DNA from: the human T2T-CHM13v2.0 reference genome, Homo sapiens
Direction: 5' to 3' (one strand)
NCBI RefSeq assembly: GCF_009914755.1
Contig: NC_060930.1
Length of the DNA stretch: 64,000 nucleotides
Shown here: positions 13,501 to 29,039 of the stretch, in pieces
How positions within the stretch are numbered: the stretch's first letter is position 1
Layout of the letters: every line of letters begins with the position of its first letter
Position numbers and translations under genes: made by a program
Notes under the pieces: model-generated
What the model was told of the DNA's origin: nothing
The model's input: the letters and a program-made list of their open reading frames with translations, nothing else
The model's database searches: none

Positions 13501-15479
13501 GGTGAGGCACACTGGTGGGTGTTCAGAGTTGTCTGGGTCAGCTAGGGTATGGGCTGACTGTATCTGCCCTCGTGTTATTTCTGGGCCCCTTCAGATCCTC
13601 CAACTAAAACCACCATCGGTGGAACAGCTTTTAGGACTGGAAGAGACTTCAGAGACCCTGTAATTAGGGTTTTGAGGACAAGAGAGGGAAAATAAATTAC
13701 CCAAAGCCACATACCTTATGAGAACTGGAAGTGGGGATGGGACTTTTGACCTAGGACACGATGGCTGTGCACTGGCTCTCTCCCCTTCTTATTGCTGTCT
13801 CTTGGCTTTCTTGGGGGCACAAACTTTTCATTCCAGAGTAAAGGTAAGATATAAAATGCAGATGTATGTAAGTAAAATGACATACAGTCAATTCACACTA
13901 AGAGCTAAATAATTGATATTTAGCACTGTTACTGAGTAGAGATTTTGATGAGCAGAAGGCCCCTGTGCTCCGTGGAGGTGTCCTTCTGACCGTAAGGGTG
14001 GTGAGGCATCATTGACTTCATAATCAACCTAAGGCCATCTGGCCTCAGGGTTTCTGGAGGGGGCAGGTGGGGGAAGTTGAGACCTGGGATGTACCTGAAA
14101 CAGAACCTGCTCCCTCCCAGGGAAGAGTGAAAACAGGACACCTGACTAATGACATCTCATATTTATCAATTTACAGCATTTCTCCAGAAAGGTCTAGATA
14201 CCAGCCTTAGGGGAACCTCATTATTGTTGGATTAAACTTATGCCTACCCATGCATCTATAAGCCAAGGAACCTCTCCTGTTTTTTATCTCTCCTTTTCCC
14301 TCCTATAACACTCCTGAGGCTGCCTCTCAAATGTAGGAACCAATAGGTGAGAACCATGTAAGATCTTCGTATATACTCCTGAACCCTGAATTAAGTTAAG
14401 GAATAGCCATAGCCTGTATTTATTTTGCTTTTTTTTTTTTTTCAAGCACTATACTAGCATTATCTTATGTCATCTTGAAAACTATTATTATCATCATCCC
14501 CATTTCACAATGAGGAGAATGAAGCTCAGAAACGTTAAATGATTTGCCTAAGATCACCCAGGTGTCAGGGCCAAGATTTGAACCAAGGTAGGCTTATTCT
14601 AGAGACTATGCTTCACATACCTCATACTGCTTCCACTGGCAGAAATGAAGTTTTGGGAAGTATAGAGGGAAATAATAGAATTTTGTCCAGTAGCAAGAAT
14701 GAGGAACACACTGTTTATTGCCTGGGCTAGAGGAGTCAGAGTGTGAGGAGTGTCAGGCCTTGGAGAGTGTTTGGCTGAGAGCTGAAGTTGGCGTGGGATT
14801 TCCATGTTCCATGGCTGGTGTTTGGCATATATTTCTGCTTTTCTGGGCAAATAGCCTAAATCTCCTCTTTACTTCTCTTGGATAGGGTCTTAGGCCAAAA
14901 ATGCCATACTGCCCCCATTCCGTTCTTGCCTCAAATCTGTCACTTAGCTCATTTCAGTGGCTTAAACCTGCAATTTTTTGATGTCTACTGAATGCAAATA
15001 AAGCTGATTCTTGACACCGAGGAACAGTTGACACAAGCTCTTTGTTGTTGTTGTTGTTGATTTCAAATCCTCCTCCTCTTCACTCTCCTGTTACTTCTCT
15101 GTTATTTACTTTAGACATTTCATCACCACCACTAGGAAGCACACAGTGGAAGGAAACCATGTTTATTGTGAGCCTTATGCTGGTAACTAATTTTGCTAAT
15201 AGTGCCACTGGAAAAAGACTAGTGGGGAAGTAGTTTGAGGCTTGGAGATTACCTTTTTGCCTCTGCATTCCCTGTAATCTGAGATCCCGGATAATGTCTA
15301 ATGAGCTATAGAGAAGGGAAACAGAGAGGTGAATGGTTTGACAACTGCAACTGCTTTCCCATGAGGCATTTTCTGATTTTGAAGCACTAGCAGTTGCTGA
15401 GCAGCTGAGCAGAACTCGTGGCAGCCTTACAGGCCTGATGGGACAAAAGTTGGGATTCAAGAATTGTCAAGGGGAAGGG

Positions 15480-16830
15480 TCCTAATAAACATCCCAGTCT
15501 TTCAGATGGGAGCCTTGAAAGGCTATATACTGGTAATAAAGCTAGTCTGGTAATAGACTAGCACTAACAAAGACTGAAACCCAGATCTGAATCATTTTGA
15601 TTTCAGATTAGATTAAAGAGATATTCTCCTAGCAAACTGCCTGCTAGAAACAAAAGTAAATTCACTCTAGAGGAAGATATCTGCTAGAACCTTAAATTAT
15701 CACTACAGTTTTTCATGCATAGTTTCTGGCATGAACTTTTCAAAAACTACCAGGCATACCAGGAGATAGGACCAAATGACTGAATACCAAGAGAAAAAAA
15801 AAATGTTATGATTTTAAAAGATATGTAGAGTCTGCCTTAAGAAGAACCAAATTCTAGGAAAACTGTAGGACTGAAATTAAGAACTTGGTAGAAGGGCTTA
15901 AAAGCAGATTAGACACAAGTGAAGAGAATATTCATGAACTTGAATATAGGTCAGAAGAAAATATTTATTCAGATGACTATAATTATAACAAGATAAAAAA
16001 TTTATGAAATACAGAAAAGAGTCTAAGAGATATACAGGACCCAATGTAAACATTTGTGTAATTAGAGATCTGGAAGGAGAGAAACAATGTAGCATAAACA
16101 ATATTTGAAAAGAAAATGACCGAGGATTTAAAAACTAACAAAAACATAAAGCCACAGATTCAAGAAGTGTTACAAACTCCAAGCAGGGAAATAACCCCAG
16201 AAACAAATGAAACTACAATATACATCATAGTAAAACAGCTGAAAAACAAAGGAAAAATTGCAAAAGTAGCTAGTGTAAAAGAAAATAAAAAATACATTAT
16301 ACGCAGACACAATATTCAGCTATTTTTTCAACAAAAACAATGGAAGCCAAAGAACAAAATTATGTCTGTAAAGGCAAAAAAGGAAACAAAAAAACCCAAA
16401 CAAAAAGACAGCTAAACAACCTAAAATTCTACACCCAGAAAAAATATCACTCAAAAATGAAAGTGAAATAAAGAGATTTCCAGACAGACAAAAACTGAGA
16501 TGGTTTATAAGTAGCTGACAGACACTAAAGGAAAAACTAAATAGTTTTTCAGGTAAAAGGAAAAGAATTTCAGATGGAAGCAAGGAGTTGCAGAAAGGAA
16601 TGAAGAGCATTGTAAAGGGTAAACACATGGGAAAATCAAAATTAATACTGACTGTATAAAATAATATCTTGAGAGAGAATATATGTAGAATTAAAATAAT
16701 ACACAAAAAATAAGAAGGAGGAAAAGGGAGTTGACACATTCCAATGTCCTTAACATAGTCCAGGAATTGAAAAAAGTACTAATTTATATTGAACTTTAAT
16801 AAGTCAAGGATGCATATTGTCATCTTTAAG
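15480..16830 (+). mobile_element. Old L1M 5'/ORF1 region
   Basis: ORF 16116-16415 'KPQIQEVLQTPSREITPETNETTIYIIVKQLK' resembles L1 ORF1p 'IQEAQRTP...PRHIIIKL'; 'aaattctacacccagaaaaaatatcactcaaaaatgaaagtgaaataaag' is L1 ORF1 C-terminal type. Confidence 0.8.
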
Positions 16831-17245
16831 TCTAGAAGCATATATTTAATTCCACAGAAAGAGAAGTCTTGTGCTCATGTTAGAAGGTAGTCTTGATTTG
16901 TCTACCTTCCTCTTTGAGAAATTTATTTCTTCCAACAGCCTAATTGTCAATCAATGTTAAAAAAAGATTAATGAAAGATTTTGTAGCGGAAAGGATTAAC
17001 CCATAGATCTCATTATCCCAAGTAATGACACAAGATAAAAATAATAAATAGAGCTTTTTTTAAAGTTTTGGATAAATTCCTGGATGTGAGATCCATAATT
17101 GACTCTGAAAGAGAAACTGGATGCTGCTTGAGTGTAGCTCCAACCTTTAAAGTTGACTTCACTGAGGAAAACCATATGCTTCCACCGTGGATGGACTTTG
17201 GGTTTGACTCAGTGCAGCCATCTTATTAAGAATAAGCAGGCCAGG

Positions 17246-17556
17246 GCCAGGCGCGGTGGCTCACGCCTGTAATCCCAACACGGTGGGAGGCCGAGGTGGG
17301 CGGATCATGAGGTCAGGAGATTGAGACCATCCTGGCTAACATGGTGAAAACCCGTCTCTACTAAAATACAAAAATTAGCTGGGCGTGGTGGTGCTGCACC
17401 CTTGTAGTCCCAGCTACTCAGGAGGCTGAGGCAGGAGAATCACTTGAACCCGTAGGCGCGGAGGTTGCAGTGAGCTGAGATCGCACCACTGCACTCCAGC
17501 CTGGGTGACACAGCAAGACTCTGTCTCCAAAAAAAAAAAAAGAAAGAAAAGAAAAT
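17246..17556 (+). mobile_element. AluS/Sc
   Basis: Full dimer; TSD aataagcaggccag. Confidence 0.95.
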
Positions 17557-17664
17557 AAGCAGGCCAGCTGCTTGGTTCAGAAACACAGGCTTTTTAGCTA
17601 CCAGGATGAAGACTCTGAGGATTCAAGCACTGGCCTCACTACTAGTAAATTATTAATATTGAAT

Positions 17665-17960
17665 GTGGCTCATGCCCGTAATCCCAGCATTTTGGGAGGC
17701 TGAGGCGGGAGAATCACTTGAGCCCAGGAGTTTGAGACCAGTCTAGGAACATGGCAAAACCCCATCTCTACAAAAAATACAAAAATTAGCCAAGCTTGGT
17801 GGCACACGCCTGTATTCCCAGCTACTTGGGAAGCTGAGGTGCGAGGATCAATGGAGCTCAGGATGTCAAGGCTTCAGTGGGCCATCATTGTGCCACTGTG
17901 CTCTAGCCTGGGTGACAGAGAGAGACCCTGTCTCTAATAATAATAATTATTATTATAATA
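17665..17960 (+). mobile_element. AluJ
   Basis: Diverged dimer with 'cacttgagcccaggagtttgag'; (TAA)n tail. Confidence 0.9.
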
Positions 17961-18295
17961 ACGTTAACAACTGTGTGTTTGCATGTGGAAGCAGTCAAGA
18001 TCATACAACTTAATATGATTTTGGAGTTGGTGACCTGATTGTCCCTGGCTTTAGCTCAAGGTCTATGCCTAACCAGCTGGGAGATATTGGGCATTAGGCA
18101 TGCCACTCATTGTATCTGGGTCTCATTCATGAATAGGGATACAAAGTCTACTTCTGCAAAGTTGTTTTGGGAGTTGAATGAGAAGTGGCATGAAAGCACT
18201 TGGTTAAATATGATGCGCTGTTTGAATGTGAGGTATTGCTATTTTACCCTCAAAGAAAAAAAATAGTGTTCTGGTTACCATATTTTATGGTCAGA

Positions 18296-18550
18296 AATAT
18301 TTGTTTAGTGCAGTAAGATGCCCTGTGATAGAAGGATTTCATGGTCAAAGAAGCCTAGGAATCCCCAGATGCCTTTCTGCCTTCGGTGATCCCCAGCGCT
18401 CACAACCCCTTTTTCTCCTCCAGAAATACAAACACTCATTAGCCTTTGAAAGGCCCTGAGAAGTCCAGCAGCAAAGACATCAGTTGAAGTGTGTTTTATC
18501 CGGTGTTTTCCAACATAATTTGACAAATAAAGCTTCTTTGTGTAACATCT
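18296..18550 (-). mobile_element. Charlie4-like hAT element
   Basis: 'tttcatggtcaaagaag...aaaggccctgagaagtccagcagcaaaga...tgttttccaacataatttgac'. Confidence 0.55.
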
Positions 18551-18599
18551 CACCACATCTCTATATACATTCATACTTTCATTCTCTCCCTCTGTGGCC

Positions 18600-19110
18600 T
18601 CATCCATACCCACACTCATACACCGGTGTCTGCCCAGCTGATATTTCTAGTCTGGACTGCTCCTGTGAAGTTCAGGCCGATTCACCCAATTGCTTCCACT
18701 TGGTTGTCTGAGGACAACTCAAATTCAATCTATCCAAATGTCTAAAATCAGAATCAGTACCCTCCATCCCAAACCTGGATCTTTTCCAGGATTCCCCAGC
18801 TTAATGAATGGCCCCAGCATCCTTCCAGCTCCACAAAGCCCAAAACCTTGCCACATCTCTTCCCCTCTTCCCTCACATCCCACACATATATTCTATCACA
18901 ATTTCCTACCCAACTTATGTTCTACACATGTTTCATACCTATCCTCTTCTCTCCAGCCCCATTGCCACCATCCTGGTCCAGTCTACCCAGAGCTATCCCC
19001 GGGACCAGTACCAGAGCTTTCCAACTAGTCTCCCCACTATCTCATCCCCCTAAACCATCTTCTATGAAGGAGTAGGATAAGGCTTCAAAATCCCTGTCAA
19101 ATCCGTCTTA
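18600..19110 (+). mobile_element. L2 LINE fragment
   Basis: 'ttcacccaattgcttccacttggttgtctgaggacaactcaaattcaatctatccaaa' and pyrimidine-rich L2 body. Confidence 0.65.
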
Positions 19111-19284
19111 AACCTTCTAATAATTTCTTCTTGCTCTTAGGTTCTCTGTGTCCCAATCACCAGGATTTTTCTATTTCTTCAGATGTCCCCAAGACAGGGC
19201 CTTTGCTTATGCCCTTCCTGATGCTAGGATACTCTCAGTGCCCCAGTCCAGTCCCTTTCCTAATTAACTTGCTCCCTCCTGTAG

Positions 19285-19841
<557 letters not shown>

Positions 19842-21899
19842 TAATGTCTTTTCTCCCAGACTAGATTGTAATGCACCTCATCAGGGTAGGACCTTGCCTA
19901 TTTAACTCAATATTTTCTATCAGAAAGCCCCCACAAGTAATTTTTGCTGTAGAAAAAAAATCTCCTCTTCTTCACCACACATTCCACACCTCCGTTTCTG
20001 CTCTCCCGCCTCTCTGGTCTCCAGCTTTTTCAGAAAACAAAAACTCAACTGTTAGGCTAAGCTCCTCTTTTCTCTCCAAAGATTAAGCCATCTTACTGAC
20101 TTCTCCAAAGAGCCTCTTTCCTGCTCGTCTGTTTCCAAGTTCACATTCCGGCTGCCACCCAGGCTGCCCACTGCCTGCTGCAGGGCTCCATCCACATCCA
20201 TCACACTGTGCACGGCACCCCTGCACTGTGCGGAGCTACAGCCCGAGGCCACTCTGCCTCATCTTTAATCAAAAGGGCAATTTCTGTCTGATTTAAGTAT
20301 CTGACCCAGAGCAGTTTTGGAGGCTAATTCGTACCACTATTCCAGGTCCCTGTTCCCCTGCTGAAACCCCAAGCCCCCTGCCCACATACAGAAACTTGCT
20401 GACGCTTTTGCTTCGATCCTTGGGGCGAAATGAGAGCCTTGGTTTGCTTGCTTGTTCTGGTTTCAGTTGGGTCCCAAGTCAGCCCCTACCTTTCACAAGT
20501 CTAGGGCTTAGGACAGGCTGTTCTCTCTGCCCAGGAAGGTTACTCCACATCCCACCTTCTTCCCCTGCTTGGTTTAGTCCTACTCATCCTTCAGGCCTCA
20601 GTTTAGGTGCCACTTCTGCAAAGGAATCTCTCCTGACAAATCAACTTAAAGTTTCGGTTACCCTGCTATTCTCTCCTATTTCATGCTAGTCCATCTAGAC
20701 ATCCATTGCAATTTGTATTTCTATATTTATGTGTGTACTTATTTGCTTAATGATTTTCTCTTTACTAAACCATAAACTACATAAGGGTAGGGCCAGTGTC
20801 TATTTTTTCACCAATCCCACGTGCAGCACAATGCCTGTTTACACAGCAGGCACTCCGTCAATGTGTACCTCAAGGAAGAAGCAATGAATGGACCAATGAA
20901 TGTGCTTGCTCTTGAAACACCATTTGACCCTTGGAAATCTGCCCGGCTTGAAAACAACTCTAAGCCCAAGCAAAACTTAAGGAAGTGTAATTTGAAGAAA
21001 TAATTTGTGTCTTGAACTTGTCAATGCCAATTCTCTGTGTATTTTGATTTGTTTTTTCACCCCTTGGGTTCAGAGTGACCTTGCCAGGCCTTCATCTCCT
21101 GGGGCACATACTTCCTTCTGCCCTGTAATAATAGGCTGCCTGGGGCTCACTGGGCTATGGTTTAAAAAGTCCGCAGGTGGCTTCTCCTCTCTCCAGCTAG
21201 GCTGGCTGGAAAGGGAGGGCAGGATTGTGTGTCCCTCCCTTTCTGCACCCCCTCCCCTCGCCCCGCCAGTCCTCAGAGGGAAGGCTGGGCTTTCGGTGCC
21301 CAAGCTCGGGTACATGTGGTCTTTTGGTTCTGCTGAAACAGACGTCCTGTGCCTTCTTGGTTCCATGTTTTTTACCTGAATTCATTCTCACTTGGAGCAA
21401 TGCAATGCCAAAGCCATTTTTGCAGTAAAGCTTGCAGCAGAAAATGTTAGTGGTCCACCCATATTCCCCCCAGTTTACCATTTTCTGTGTACCCTGGGTT
21501 TTGGTGTGCATTCTCTTCCAAAGCCAGCACTGTGGCTTTTTGGCAGACAGCCCTCAGGGGCTCTGGAGCCACTTTGTGTGCGTGGATGAAGAGTCTGGAA
21601 ACTGACTTGCCCCCCAGCTCCCTGGATTAGGCCCTGAGAATGTTGGCCTGAGATCCTGCTCTGCCCCGCCCCCCCGCCACCACTCCTCTCCTAGTGTCCT
21701 TACATCACATCCACACAAAGCCTCAGCTAGGGGCCTGTTTAGCGGGATCCCAACCTGAGACACTAGACATCAGGAGTGGGGCTGGGAAGCAAAAGCACAC
21801 TGAAGCCAGGGTGAACAAGAACCACAAGAAGGGGTCCAGGAGCGCCTGGGCGGAGCACAGACACTGTCCACTTACATCTCACATTCAAGTTCACACCTT

Positions 21900-22520
21900 C
21901 CTATCACGGAGTCTTCATCTTGGTGATGGGCCACAATTTATGGGGGGAGCCTTACAAGAGGAGAGTTAGTTGGATGATCCACCATTCTCACCTTTTATAG
22001 CTTGTCTGGAGGCAAAACAGATATTCATTACAACCCTCCTGGGCCCCCCATCCTCAGCTGGCTGGCACTTCCACTGGTTGTTTCCTAATGGGGTGACCCA
22101 GCCCGTCATCCTTGAGGAGTCTAAGCTCCTGGTTACCATGGCTGTGGTTGCTATAATGACCTGGTCACAGTTAACCCTGGGCATGGGAGTGACCTAGAGA
22201 TGCCCTGCGTTCCACACATCCTCCCCCCGGCTCCATTGTAACAGGGACAGAGCCTCCTCCTACTGACTGGGGCCAATCATGCCTGCCAGTATGGTAACTC
22301 CTTTCTTTGCCTGATGGTCTGCCAGGATGAGGGGACCAACCTCAAATGACAAGGTGGTTGCCATCGATTTCGGTTTCGTGGGACTCTGTCCCTGGTAGAA
22401 GTGTCTCCCTTCCCTTCTAGGAATTAGGACTTCTAGACCACCGAACCTAAAGTTGTGGCAGCAGGAAGCACAACTTCCTCCAAGTAGGTCCCTGGGAATG
22501 GTGGGGAGCAGGACCACCCT
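21900..22520 (-). mobile_element. ERVL-type internal fragment (dUTPase region)
   Basis: ORF 22260-22523 'GLEVLIPR...HQAKKGVTILAGMIGP' matches the recalled ERVL dUTPase 'GLEVLVP...QQAKKGVTVLAGVIDP'. Confidence 0.8.
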
Positions 22521-22554
22521 CATCCCATTGCTTCCTCCCCCTCTCGTGGGGACG

Positions 22555-22757
22555 ACTCAGGTGTGTCCATTCAGGGGTCCTTTGCAGGATCAGCCTAAAG
22601 CTGCACTCAGAGCCTCTGCTGTGACTTTGCCCTTGCTTGGCTTTGTCCCCTTCTCTGTGCTGCTTCCCCCACTCCCTTACTGGTTACCCCTGGGATCCCT
22701 TCCTTAATCAGTTACTTGTACCTAAAGTCTGCTTTCTGGAGAAGCCAACCTAAGACA
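22555..22757 (+). mobile_element. LTR16-like ERVL LTR 3' part
   Basis: Ends 'tctgctttctggagaagccaacctaagaca'. Confidence 0.6.
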
Positions 22758-25079
22758 GAGCTGGAAGCCATGAGGAGTCGGGCGGGCCAAGCACTCCAGC
22801 TTTGAACATAAGACTGAGCACGGCCGGGGCTGAAGGGAGGAAGTCAGAGCTACTGACTAGACCTTGAACTGCAAACCGAGGATCCTGCCCCTGTTTCTAC
22901 CTCACTAAAAACCAAAAAAATGGGTCTCTGCCTTCCCAGGTATCTGATAAGATGATAATGCTTTAAACTCTGACAGTGTAGGAGAAATACTGTCCCAAAG
23001 TGCTTCTTGCACGTTTACTTAAATGTGATGAATTTTAAAAACAATGAAGTTACTTGCAAATAGTGTGTCATATAATAGTATAACACCACTGCATATGACG
23101 ATAGCTAACACTCCCCATGCATCCCTCTGGCCATGACCTCTGCGAAGTACCCTACGTGGTTCTCTCCTTTCCTTCTTACAACTACCTTATGCAGAATGTA
23201 CGACTATTAGTCCGTCATCCCATTTTACAAATGTGGAAACTGAAGGATAGAAACTGATCCACCTGTGTGAGCTGCAGAGCCAGGATGAAACGCAGGCCTG
23301 TGCTCTCAGCCGCCCGCTGAACCTCCAGCAGGGAGACAGAAGTGGTCCATCTCCTTCCCCAGCTGAGGAAGTGGGATGTCTGTGGCAGGCAGGGCATTTG
23401 CCATTCGGATTTTTAAGCTTGCACGCACAGAGCCCATGGTGTATTTAAGCTGACAAGAAACTGCTACTTGGCTAGCCTCCTCAAAGAGGCCAGGAGCAAG
23501 ACCCAAAGCTCCTTTGATCCTCCTCCAATACAGGAATCCAGCTGATATTAATATTTGGTATTACGATGGTTTCATTTGACATTTTCATGAGGAAATCTTG
23601 GCTTTACTTGGTTCCCGGGCTGGCAGGTGGGGCCAGTGCCAGGAAGCACACTGTATACTGTATACTGTATACAGAGTCAACAGCCTCACAGCAGGTTGGT
23701 GTTCCAAACCTCCTCCTGAGGCCAGAGCCATCATTAAAACACACCTTCACTTAGAGCTGTTTTTCTCAAATAAGAAGATTACATTTTGGCTCCAAGAAGT
23801 TGTTTGTCAGGACTGTCTTCATCATGAGGTGAAGTTGAATTTGGCTTGGTGATTTGTGGGTCTGGGTTGCCCCTTTCCCTGGGCTGCCCTCACAGACAAG
23901 ACACGTCCCCTCATGGAATTAACGTCCCAGACTGCAAGCTCTGGGCGGGTGAGGACTGTTCTGTTTACTGCTGGCAGTAAGGCCTGTCACGCAGTGGGCT
24001 CTCTGTGTATGGTTGTTACCAATTAATAAACAATTTAGTAAATGAGTAAAGATAGTCAGCATCGTTTGCTATTAAGAGCCCAGCCTCTGGAACCAAACAC
24101 TTGGATTCAAATCCCAGCCAGGCATGTGACCACAGGCAGGCAACTTAACTTCTTAGTAGCTTGGTTTTCCCCTCCGTACAATGGGTGTGACACTACCTCC
24201 CTCGAGACTGATGGGAGGATGAACTGAGTTATTATGTACAAAATACTCAGAGCTTGGGCACACAGCACGTGCTGCCTCCCTGAGTCTTTATTGACTGGGA
24301 CATCAAAGTGTGGCATTGGGCTAACACGCTGTCTCCTCAAAGTTGCTTCCTTCTGCTAATTCCACACTGGAAGAAACGACCTTTGTTGTGTCTGTATTTG
24401 TGTGAGATCCCTTCATTCTCATTCCTATCTCGAAGGGCTTTTTACCTGGAGGTGTGGTTTGCAAACTGCTGGATCTCACTGTTTGCACACAAAAAAAGTG
24501 CTGATATTCTTAAAAATCTCCCTTGTGAGGAGCGAAAAGAGATAATGCTTTTTTTTTTTTTTTTCTGGAAGCAAGGTCGACAATTTATCACCAGCTGCCA
24601 AAACCTTCCTCTAAGGCATCACTTCTCAAACTTTTAAAGCATTCTCCCTGTCAGCCCAGTCAGAATGACAAAATCCAGAGTCATTCTCAAGAGAGAGGGG
24701 TGACAGGAATAGAGGGGTGGCTGAGAGCATTAGCAGGGAGGGAGGGGCGGCTGGGGCTCTAGCGGAAAAGCCTGCTCACCACCAAATCTAGGACCCTGAA
24801 GTCTGCAAATGGCTATAGTTACAGATCAGTTTACCTGGAGGGGCTGCTTTCCACGGGCTTAGCAAGCTGTTCAATTCTTCATTTGTTGAGGCAACACATT
24901 TTTATTGAGCACTTACTGTGTGCCAAGTGTTGGGGAAAAGGTGACCAAGACAAAAGTCTCTGCCCACAGGATGCTTACATTCTGCCATCACTAACGTCTC
25001 CACTCACCACCCACTGAAAACACGACTCACGCAGGAAGCGTTTCTCTGAATGAAACCCTTAAACCCAGGTTCAAATCAA

Positions 25080-25302
25080 ATTTAAGACACAGAAAGTAGA
25101 ATAGTGTTTGCCAAGGGCAGTGGGGAGGGAGAATGCGGAGTTGTTCGGTGGGTGTTGAGTTTCAGTTTTGCAAGATGAGAAAGTTCTAGATATTGGATGC
25201 ACAATAAACACTATGGAACTGTATACTTTAAAATTGTTAAGATTGTAAATTTTATGCTACTTACATTTTTTACCACAATAAAAAAAAAATGAAAAAAAAA
25301 AA
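25080..25302 (+). mobile_element. L1MB-like 3' end
   Basis: 'gacacagaaagtagaatagtg...gagtttcagttttgcaagatgagaaagttct...' + poly-A. Confidence 0.85.
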
Positions 25303-25914
25303 CATAGTTAAGGATGCAGTGTCCAAAGGCTGTGGCTGCTGCCCAGACCCAAAGGGAGGAATGGGAGGTATGTGTGTCTGGGTGTCTGTGCGTGTGTGGG
25401 GCAGGGTGGGGGTGGGGGAAGTTCTGCTCTGCCTCCCCTCCGTTTCAGAGGTCCTAGAAGCCCAGATTAAACAGTCACTAGAGAGTCTGCGGTTATTTTT
25501 TCTTGGAGAATAATAGGCCCCGCCACTGGGCCTCCAGAGAAAGTGAATTGAGGCTCAGTGGTTGGCAGTTATCTCCGCCAGGTCTCCAAGTCCCTGACTT
25601 TCTATCACAAGAGAGGAACTAGAACATAGTGCAGAGCAAGCTTACAAGAGTTCAAATCCCGTCTGTGCCACTGACTTAGCTATGTGGCCTCAGGTGAAGT
25701 ACCTGATTTCTCAAGTGCCTCAGCCTCCTCATCTGTAAAATGGGGGAGGGAGGGGTAGTAATAGTACCCACACCATAGGCACAGAGCCATCCTATGAAAG
25801 CCCTTGGCATTTTGCCCCATGCTATGTTTGTGTTTAGGGAGTTCAGGGATTCTTGATAGGATTGAAGCATGTATGTGTGGGAGAATTCATGTCACATTTA
25901 AGAAATGGGAATCA

Positions 25915-26324
<410 letters not shown>

Positions 26325-27559
26325 CTAAGAGCAGGTGGGATGACAGTAGGATGATGGGATGGCCAGTGCCTCCCTAACCACGCTCCCCTATGCATGCTGC
26401 ATTTTCCTTCTCTGCACGCCCACAGCTGGATGGGAGGAGGTGCTCAAGTGTGTGGGAGGTGACCAGCCACATCTGCAGGAAGTTACAGGTGCCCTGGGCT
26501 GGGGCCCTGGGACACATTCCATTTCTGGGGCTGGTGCCTCCCATCCAGGCTCCAGACCAACTCCTTAGGGTGCATTTTAAAACTGGTTCTTCCAGCTATT
26601 AACCCTGCAGTTCCTGAGAGAACACACACCCAGGTGGAGCTAATTAGGGTGGGATGAGAGATTGGGACTCTAGGAATTCAGTGCCAGCCTCCCCTGCAGG
26701 TCACTCAGGAGTGGGGCCTTGATGGGCCTGCTGCAGACAGCTGAGAGCCCACATCTGTCTAATCAGGGCCCCACTCTCTTCAGGCTGCTTCAGGAATAAG
26801 TCCCCAGTCTAGGGGTGCTGGGGAATCCTGCACCGTGATTGCTGTGTAATCACAACACCTAAAGATGAAGGATTTGGACAAAGGAGCATTTATTGAGCAC
26901 TTTGTCTGTGGTACTAGGCCCATTACATTCATTGTTTCCAGCCTCACAACCACCCTGTCATACAATTATGATTCCCATTTTTTTCAATGTGGAAACTGAG
27001 GCTCAGAGGTGGTAAGGTGCTTGTTTAAGCTCTCCTGCCTTTGAGCAATTGAACTGGTATCTAAAACCAGGTCTCTCAGACTCCAAATCCTACACGTAGC
27101 TGCTTCCCCTTTCAGGTTGATAAAATGATCAACCTGAGCTAGTCTATCTTGCACTGCTTCTCCTGCTTAGAGGTAATTGCGAGTGTTAGATGTTGATAAA
27201 CAGCAATGTAGTAATGATGTGAACCAGTCAAAACCTTAATCCTCTCCACCTAAAATACGATCACATCACTTCCTTTTTCAAAAAAATCTTCATTGACTTC
27301 TCTACTCACCAGATCAAGTTCAAACTCTTTAGCGTACAAGACAAAACACTAAAGAGACTATGACCAAATGCCAAACTCATGTTTCCCTTTTCTCTTTCAA
27401 GAATGATGTCCAGTCTGGGAAGGGAAAAATAACCCTACTGAGTTGGAATTGGGGTCCAAGATTGGTGAGAAAGCGCCCAACAAACATGACAGAGTTTGAA
27501 GGGAGTCCAGGTCTCCTCACCCTGACCAGTGACTGCTCAGCCTCAGCTGCAGCATGTCG

Positions 27560-28300
27560 AGATTGCTCAACAGCTATTGTTAATCTTTCACAAACCATAA
27601 CAAATGTGAGACAGTCCCCAAGGATGGAGTGGGCAAAAGTCCCAGTTTTTAAAAGGGAGAACACTTTAGATACTGCAAACTACAAACCAATAAGTGGGAA
27701 GGGGAGCCCCAATAAAATTGTAGTGCATGCTGTTAAACGGTTTGTGCCCCTTACAAATAGGAGCACAGATCTTCGAAGAGCTTCATGGGACTGCTGGAAA
27801 CAAGTCATGTCAGTGTCACCTCATTTCTTCTTCTAATGGTGTGGCAGGGCGGGTAGATCAGGGAGACGTTGAGGATGTGGTACATCTGGATTTCAGCAAG
27901 ACAGCTGATAAGGTCTCTTGTGACTTCCTTGTAGACAAAATTGGTTAATTGTGAGCTAGAGGTGCTTTTAAGTAGAACTCACAACCCATTGAAAGCATAA
28001 ACCTGAGACATGCAGATAGAGAGTAACTCGGAGGAAGTCTCTAGTGGTAGGCAACAAGGCTCAGCTCTGAGCCCTGTGTTTTGGACATTTTTAATCAATA
28101 ACTTAAAGGGCAGATGACACAGCTTGCCGGGGGTGGGGGTGGTGGGGGGGATTATTAACAGCTTGGATGCCAGAAATAGGATCCAGAAATTTAAGTGGAA
28201 TAAATGGAAAGTTCTGGACTTTGGTTTAACAAACCCGTGACACAGCTGAAAGATTTTAGCTGACTAAATGCTCAATATGAGTTCATAGGAACCAAGCCAC
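27560..28300 (+). mobile_element. CR1/L3 LINE reverse-transcriptase fossil
   Basis: Translates 'WAKVPVFKRENTLDTANYKPIS' and 'KSCQCHLISS..VDQGDVEDVVHLDFSKTADKVSCDFL', then a SG.QGS.L.P motif near 28045; these are CR1 RT motifs (PIFKKG..NYRPISL, YLDFSKAFD). Confidence 0.85.
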
Positions 28301-28499
28301 GTTAAGCAGCTCATGTTTCCCCTTTGCCTTCAGGATGCCAGATCCCTCCTTAGTGTCCAGCAGGGGGTCCTCCAGATGTGAGCTGGCTACCAATCCTGTG
28401 TCAGGCTGCAGACTTGCCATGTCCTTGAACACCTTTGCACCTCTGCACATGGTCTCATCTCTTTCTCCTGTAGCTCGCCAGCTGAGGTCCTATTCACAC

Positions 28500-28745
28500 T
28501 TTCTTTCTTTCTGAGTCAGAATCCCTGTCCCCCAGGCTGCAGTGCAATGCCGTGATCATGGTTCACTGTGGCCTCAAACTTCCAGGCTCAAGTGATCCTC
28601 CCACCTCAGCCTCCAGAGTAGTCGAAACCAGAGGCTTGTGCGACCACACCCGGCTAATTTTTTTATTTTTTGAAGAGACAGGGTTTTGCCATGTTGCCCA
28701 GGCTGGTCTTGAATTCCTGGGCTCAAGCGGTCTGCCTGCCTCAGG
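28500..28745 (-). mobile_element. AluJ (partial)
   Basis: Diverged antisense Alu. Confidence 0.85.
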
Positions 28746-29039
28746 ATTCCTATTCACTCTTTACAATCCAGCTCTGCTGCACCCCTGAGCTTCTGGAGAT
28801 GCCACAGAACACTTGTCTGTGCTCCTTTGTGGCACTCACCACGTTTTGTTAAAATGACCAATCGCCCTCCTTGACAGGGTTGTGTGCTGCTTGAGGGCAG
28901 GGGCTGTCTCATTCACGTGGAGGTTCAACACATGTCTGTGGAATGGGTTTCGCTGCCCCAAAGCTGATTCTATCTTTTGCTGTGTTTGCATTGGAACAAT
29001 GGGCAGAAATGATTTCCTAATTCTGCTTGCATGGGGTAG